A stretch of DNA of 6,987 nt from Microcystis aeruginosa NIES-2549. GTDB taxonomy: Bacteria > Cyanobacteriota > Cyanobacteriia > Cyanobacteriales > Microcystaceae. Of this stretch, positions 5,316 through 6,987 are shown piece after piece. Within the stretch, counting starts at the first letter, position 1, and the number at the start of each line of letters is the position of its first letter. The notes under the pieces are model-generated. The model had not been told where the DNA came from and did no database searches. It saw only the letters and a program-made list of their open reading frames with translations. A program made the translations under genes and the position numbers. Where the stretch lies: contig NZ_CP026286.1 of the NCBI RefSeq assembly GCF_000981785.2, positions 1 to 6,987 on the forward strand, written 5' to 3'.

Positions 5316-5638
5316 AGATGCAATGAGTAAAGTAATTTCATTTTCAATCAGCGATCGCTATCTCGATAAGCTTCGCTCCCTGTACCCAGCGCTGACTGAC
5401 AATCTGGCAGTCAAGCAATTTGTCACGGACGGGTTAGATTCACGCTTAGGCAATAGCTTAGATGGTAGCTTAGATGACGGGTTAGATGATAGGGTTAAAA
5501 CCCTTATAGAATCATGGGTAGATGGTTTATTAGAAGTGAGGTTAGATGCTTCTGTGGGAAAGTTGATCACTTCCTTGAGTGAGAGAATGGCAAGGCTAGA
5601 GGCAAGATTAGATGATAATTTAGATGGTAGTTTAGATG
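5260..5638 (+). repeat. TTAGATG heptamer array: 10 direct exact copies plus 1 inverted copy, with degenerate copies as well.
   Basis: Exact plus-strand copies start at 5260, 5283, 5309, 5458, 5470, 5482, 5542, 5608, 5620 and 5632. The inverted copy is at 5271-5277. Variants: TTAGATT 5434, GTAGATG 5518, TTAGAAG 5529. Two triplets of copies show 12-bp spacing. Confidence 0.9.
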
Positions 5639-6189
5639 ATATGGAAAGACTGCTAAGGTTACAGCGAGAGGCTTCGATCGCTTCCCCCCTTCCCCCTTCC
5701 CCTTCCCCTTCCCTTCCCCCCGATGAACCGGTTCAACCGGCTATCAGTGAACCGGATCAACCGGCGATCGAGGACTCGGAAAAAAAGATTGTGGACTCGC
5801 TAGATACTTTAATCGGTTCCCCAATCGGAATAGATGAGTCTGGTAGTGAACCGGACACGGACGCGATCGAATCCTTGACCAGTGAATCTGACTCATCTAT
5901 TGAGGGTGAGGACGCGATCGAAACCGTCACCCCGGAAGTTTCACCGTCACCACCGGACCAACCGGCGATCGGAACCGTTCCGGGTGACTCAATTGACACG
6001 GAACCGGATAAGGGCATGAATCCCAATCAAGCCCATGAGTACCTAATATCTAAGGGGATAAAAGATATTAGCTATTACTATCTGAATAAATGGGCTAAAG
6101 ATAAAGAAGGGCTGATACCATGGCGGGGCAAAAATGCGCGAAAACACCTAACACTGAAAGACGGCCTTTACTTCCCCACAACCGATTAA
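5323..6189 (+). CDS. Modular acidic protein: RHH-like N-terminus, LD(G/D) repeat region, Pro/Ser linker, acidic repeats and a small basic C-terminal domain.
   Basis: The N-terminus KVISFSISDRYLDKLRSLYP resembles an RHH strand plus helix. Repeats: SLDGSLDDGLDD and RLDDNLDGSLDD. Linker: PLPPSPSPSLPP. PDQPAI occurs twice (a third, EPVQPAI, is degenerate) and DAIE(S/T)(L/V)T occurs twice. C-terminus: NQAHEYLISKGIKDISYYYLNKWAKDKEGLIPWRGKNARKH. The low-complexity content lowers confidence in the exact product. Confidence 0.6.
   Translation: MSKVISFSISDRYLDKLRSLYPALTDNLAVKQFVTDGLDSRLGNSLDGSLDDGLDDRVKTLIESWVDGLLEVRLDASVGKLITSLSERMARLEARLDDNLDGSLDDMERLLRLQREASIASPLPPSPSPSLPPDEPVQPAISEPDQPAIEDSEKKIVDSLDTLIGSPIGIDESGSEPDTDAIESLTSESDSSIEGEDAIETVTPEVSPSPPDQPAIGTVPGDSIDTEPDKGMNPNQAHEYLISKGIKDISYYYLNKWAKDKEGLIPWRGKNARKHLTLKDGLYFPTTD
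5681..5721 (+). repeat. 41-nt uninterrupted polypyrimidine (C/T only) tract inside the 288-aa CDS.
   Basis: cttccccccttcccccttccccttccccttcccttcccccc, encoding SPLPPSPSPSLPP. Confidence 0.9.
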
Positions 6190-6201
6190 CCCTAGCCTGA
6201 C

Positions 6202-6423
6202 ATGACTGAGTACACCTATAAGGATTACAAGCCCTATTTTGTGAAACGTCCCAAAAAACCCGGCTATTTCACCCTTAGAGAAATCAGAGCCATGGCAGTT
6301 CCGGGGTGGCCGCAATCGATCGAAGGCCTGAGAAAAAAAGCACTTAGGGAGGGTTGGCCCCGGTTGGGGCGCCGTCCGTCTAAAGGGGGAGCCTTTGAGT
6401 ACCGTGCCGGGTTGCCCGATTAA
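6202..6423 (+). CDS. Stand-alone Mu-type winged-helix DNA-binding domain protein (similar to the MuA / Mu repressor N-terminal domain).
   Basis: YFTLREIRAMAVPGWPQSIEGLRKKALREGWPRLGRRPSKGGAFEYRAGLP aligns by eye with MuA residues ~4-53 (WVSPKECANLPGLPKTSAGVIYVAKKQGWQNRTRAGVKGGKAIEYNANSLP). Shared positions are PG.P.S..G....A...GW....R...KGG...EY....LP. Confidence 0.65.
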   Translation: MTEYTYKDYKPYFVKRPKKPGYFTLREIRAMAVPGWPQSIEGLRKKALREGWPRLGRRPSKGGAFEYRAGLPD

Positions 6424-6540
6424 CTGAAACCCTTACCCTGATTGGGTTAGGAGAATAAAGTAGGTTCTTTTTTGGACCTTTCGATCGCCCCTCTCAATGG
6501 CGCGTCATCTCGCTAGGGACAAAAAAAATTACACCTTGTT

Positions 6541-6556
6541 GTTGTTATATAACAAC
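6541..6556. repeat. Perfect 16-bp palindrome in the convergent intergenic region.
   Basis: GTTGTTATATAACAAC is its own reverse complement. It is preceded by an A8 tract (6521-6528) and extra GTT units. Confidence 0.9.
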
Positions 6557-6573
6557 TATGAAACACTTCCCAC

Positions 6574-6621
6574 GGGAAAAATGCCCAAAAATACGCAAAA
6601 ATTGCGGTTTTGGGTTTTGGG
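6574..6621. repeat. Three tandem 10-bp units carrying phased A5 tracts, followed by T4 tracts. They also fold as a compound hairpin, which could be the minus-strand terminator for the 6651 ORF.
   Basis: gggaaaaatg / cccaaaaata / cgcaaaaatt place A5 at 6577, 6587 and 6597. T4 lies at 6608 and 6615. cccaaaa (6584-6590) pairs with ttttggg (6615-6621), and cgcaa (6594-6598) pairs with ttgcg (6602-6606). Confidence 0.7.
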
Positions 6622-6650
6622 GGGATTAGGTTTTAGCTAGGCGATCGCTA

Positions 6651-6987
6651 TTAGGCTTTTTTCTTTTTCTCGCGCTTGGGGCCGGGAGTGTCCGGCGTGA
6701 CTTCATCTAAGGCAACCGTAAAGGGGGGATTTTCCTGATACCAATCTTGGATGGTGATTAAATCACCATCGACACTAATCACCCCATGGGCGCGGCCATT
6801 TTTGTTGTAAATACACTCACCCCCCGGTTTAAGGCTGTCAGTGTCACTTACCGGGCGATCGGAGTCGGTTTCATCATGGGGTGACTCAAGGGTGACTGGG
6901 GTGACTAAGGGTGACTGAGTATTTTCAGGGTAGTCACCTTTTGTAAAGCCTTGCTGTGATTGAGTTTCACTATCTAAAGGTGACTGG
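6651..6987 (-). CDS. 3' part of a minus-strand ORF entering from the right edge: a repeat-rich linker, a small beta-rich C-terminal domain and a Lys tail. It is probably the distal end of the Rep tail if the molecule is circular.
   Basis: Hand translation gives ...QSPLDSETQSQQGFTKGDYPENTQSPLVTPVTLESPHDETDSDRPVSDTDSLKPGGECIYNKNGRAHGVISVDGDLITIQDWYQENPPFTVALDEVTPDTPGPKREKKKKA, with the stop TAA at 6651-6653. It is open to position 6987 and is not in the supplied track. Confidence 0.65.
   Translation of the reverse strand, partial: QSPLDSETQSQQGFTKGDYPENTQSPLVTPVTLESPHDETDSDRPVSDTDSLKPGGECIYNKNGRAHGVISVDGDLITIQDWYQENPPFTVALDEVTPDTPGPKREKKKKA
6880..6987. repeat. GGTGAC/GTCACC array, right part (6 exact copies).
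   Basis: GGTGAC at 6880, 6891, 6900, 6910 and 6979. GTCACC at 6933. The 10-bp inverted repeat AGTCACCTTT (6932-6941) pairs with AAAGGTGACT (6976-6985). Confidence 0.9.

Noticed and set aside
5358-6026. Minus-strand ORFs 5358..5570 and 5757..6026.
   Set aside because: They are antisense to the repeat-rich 288-aa CDS. Low-complexity repeats keep the opposite strand open by chance. All TTAGATG copies are in frame only on the plus strand.
6424-6480. Possible plus-strand terminator after the 73-aa gene (AACCC...GGGTT, AGGT...ACCT with a T6 run).
   Set aside because: The stems are only 4-5 bp with large loops, which does not make a convincing intrinsic terminator.
6558-6629. 23-codon micro-ORF MKHFPREKCPKIRKNCGFGFWGD, immediately after the palindrome.
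   Set aside because: It has no ribosome-binding site and is encoded by the phased A-tract repeats, so the open frame is probably incidental. It is too short to assess.
6880-6987. The two edge arrays as terminal inverted repeats or multi-site transposon ends (Mu/Tn7-like), prompted by the Mu-type HTH.
   Set aside because: No transposase is present. The ORFs at both edges stay open and join in frame. The polarity switch occurs at 16-32, inside the left edge, rather than at the window ends. A circular joint explains the data better. This is not fully excluded without flanking sequence.
1-6987. tRNA, rRNA, tmRNA or riboswitch-like genes.
   Set aside because: No cloverleaf-compatible segments or conserved rRNA strings were seen. 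All long non-coding stretches are AT-rich repeat or operator DNA. No covariance search was possible.

Overview
The window is rich in HIP1 (9 exact GCGATCGC, roughly 27 CGATCG), so it is almost certainly cyanobacterial. Its gene content is that of a small autonomous replicon or an excised integrative or satellite-like element, not core chromosome.

Minus strand, replication operon: a 169-aa OB-fold-like protein (3546..4055), a 74-aa protein (3277..3501), a zinc-ribbon protein (2627..3064), and a large Zn-finger/Toprim primase fused to a DUF3987-type helicase (658..2613). The helicase reading frame breaks at about 660-730 and continues in the +1 frame to position 1.

Plus strand, diverging from a ~230-bp AT-rich operator region: an RHH regulator (4289..4600), an intrinsic terminator, a catalytic-domain-only tyrosine recombinase (4678..5226), an RHH-like acidic repeat protein (5323..6189), and a Mu-type winged-HTH protein (6202..6423). 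One more minus-strand ORF enters from the right edge (6651..6987).

Main observations:
1. The two window ends join in frame and in repeat phase, so this is probably a complete 6987-bp circle. The edge ORFs would then be one long Rep tail.
2. The joint sits in an array of 16 GGTGAC/GTCACC hexamers spaced 9-11 bp, in both orientations and three reading contexts. It looks like an iteron origin embedded in coding sequence.
3. A second array of TTAGATG (11 copies) spans the promoter and the 5' coding region of the 288-aa gene.
4. A strong plus-strand terminator hairpin lies opposite the rep start, suggesting an antisense copy-control RNA.
5. A 13-nt operator box is shared by two promoters.

I saw no rRNA, tRNA, CRISPR array or transposase. 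All domain calls are from reading the translations by eye; no searches were run.
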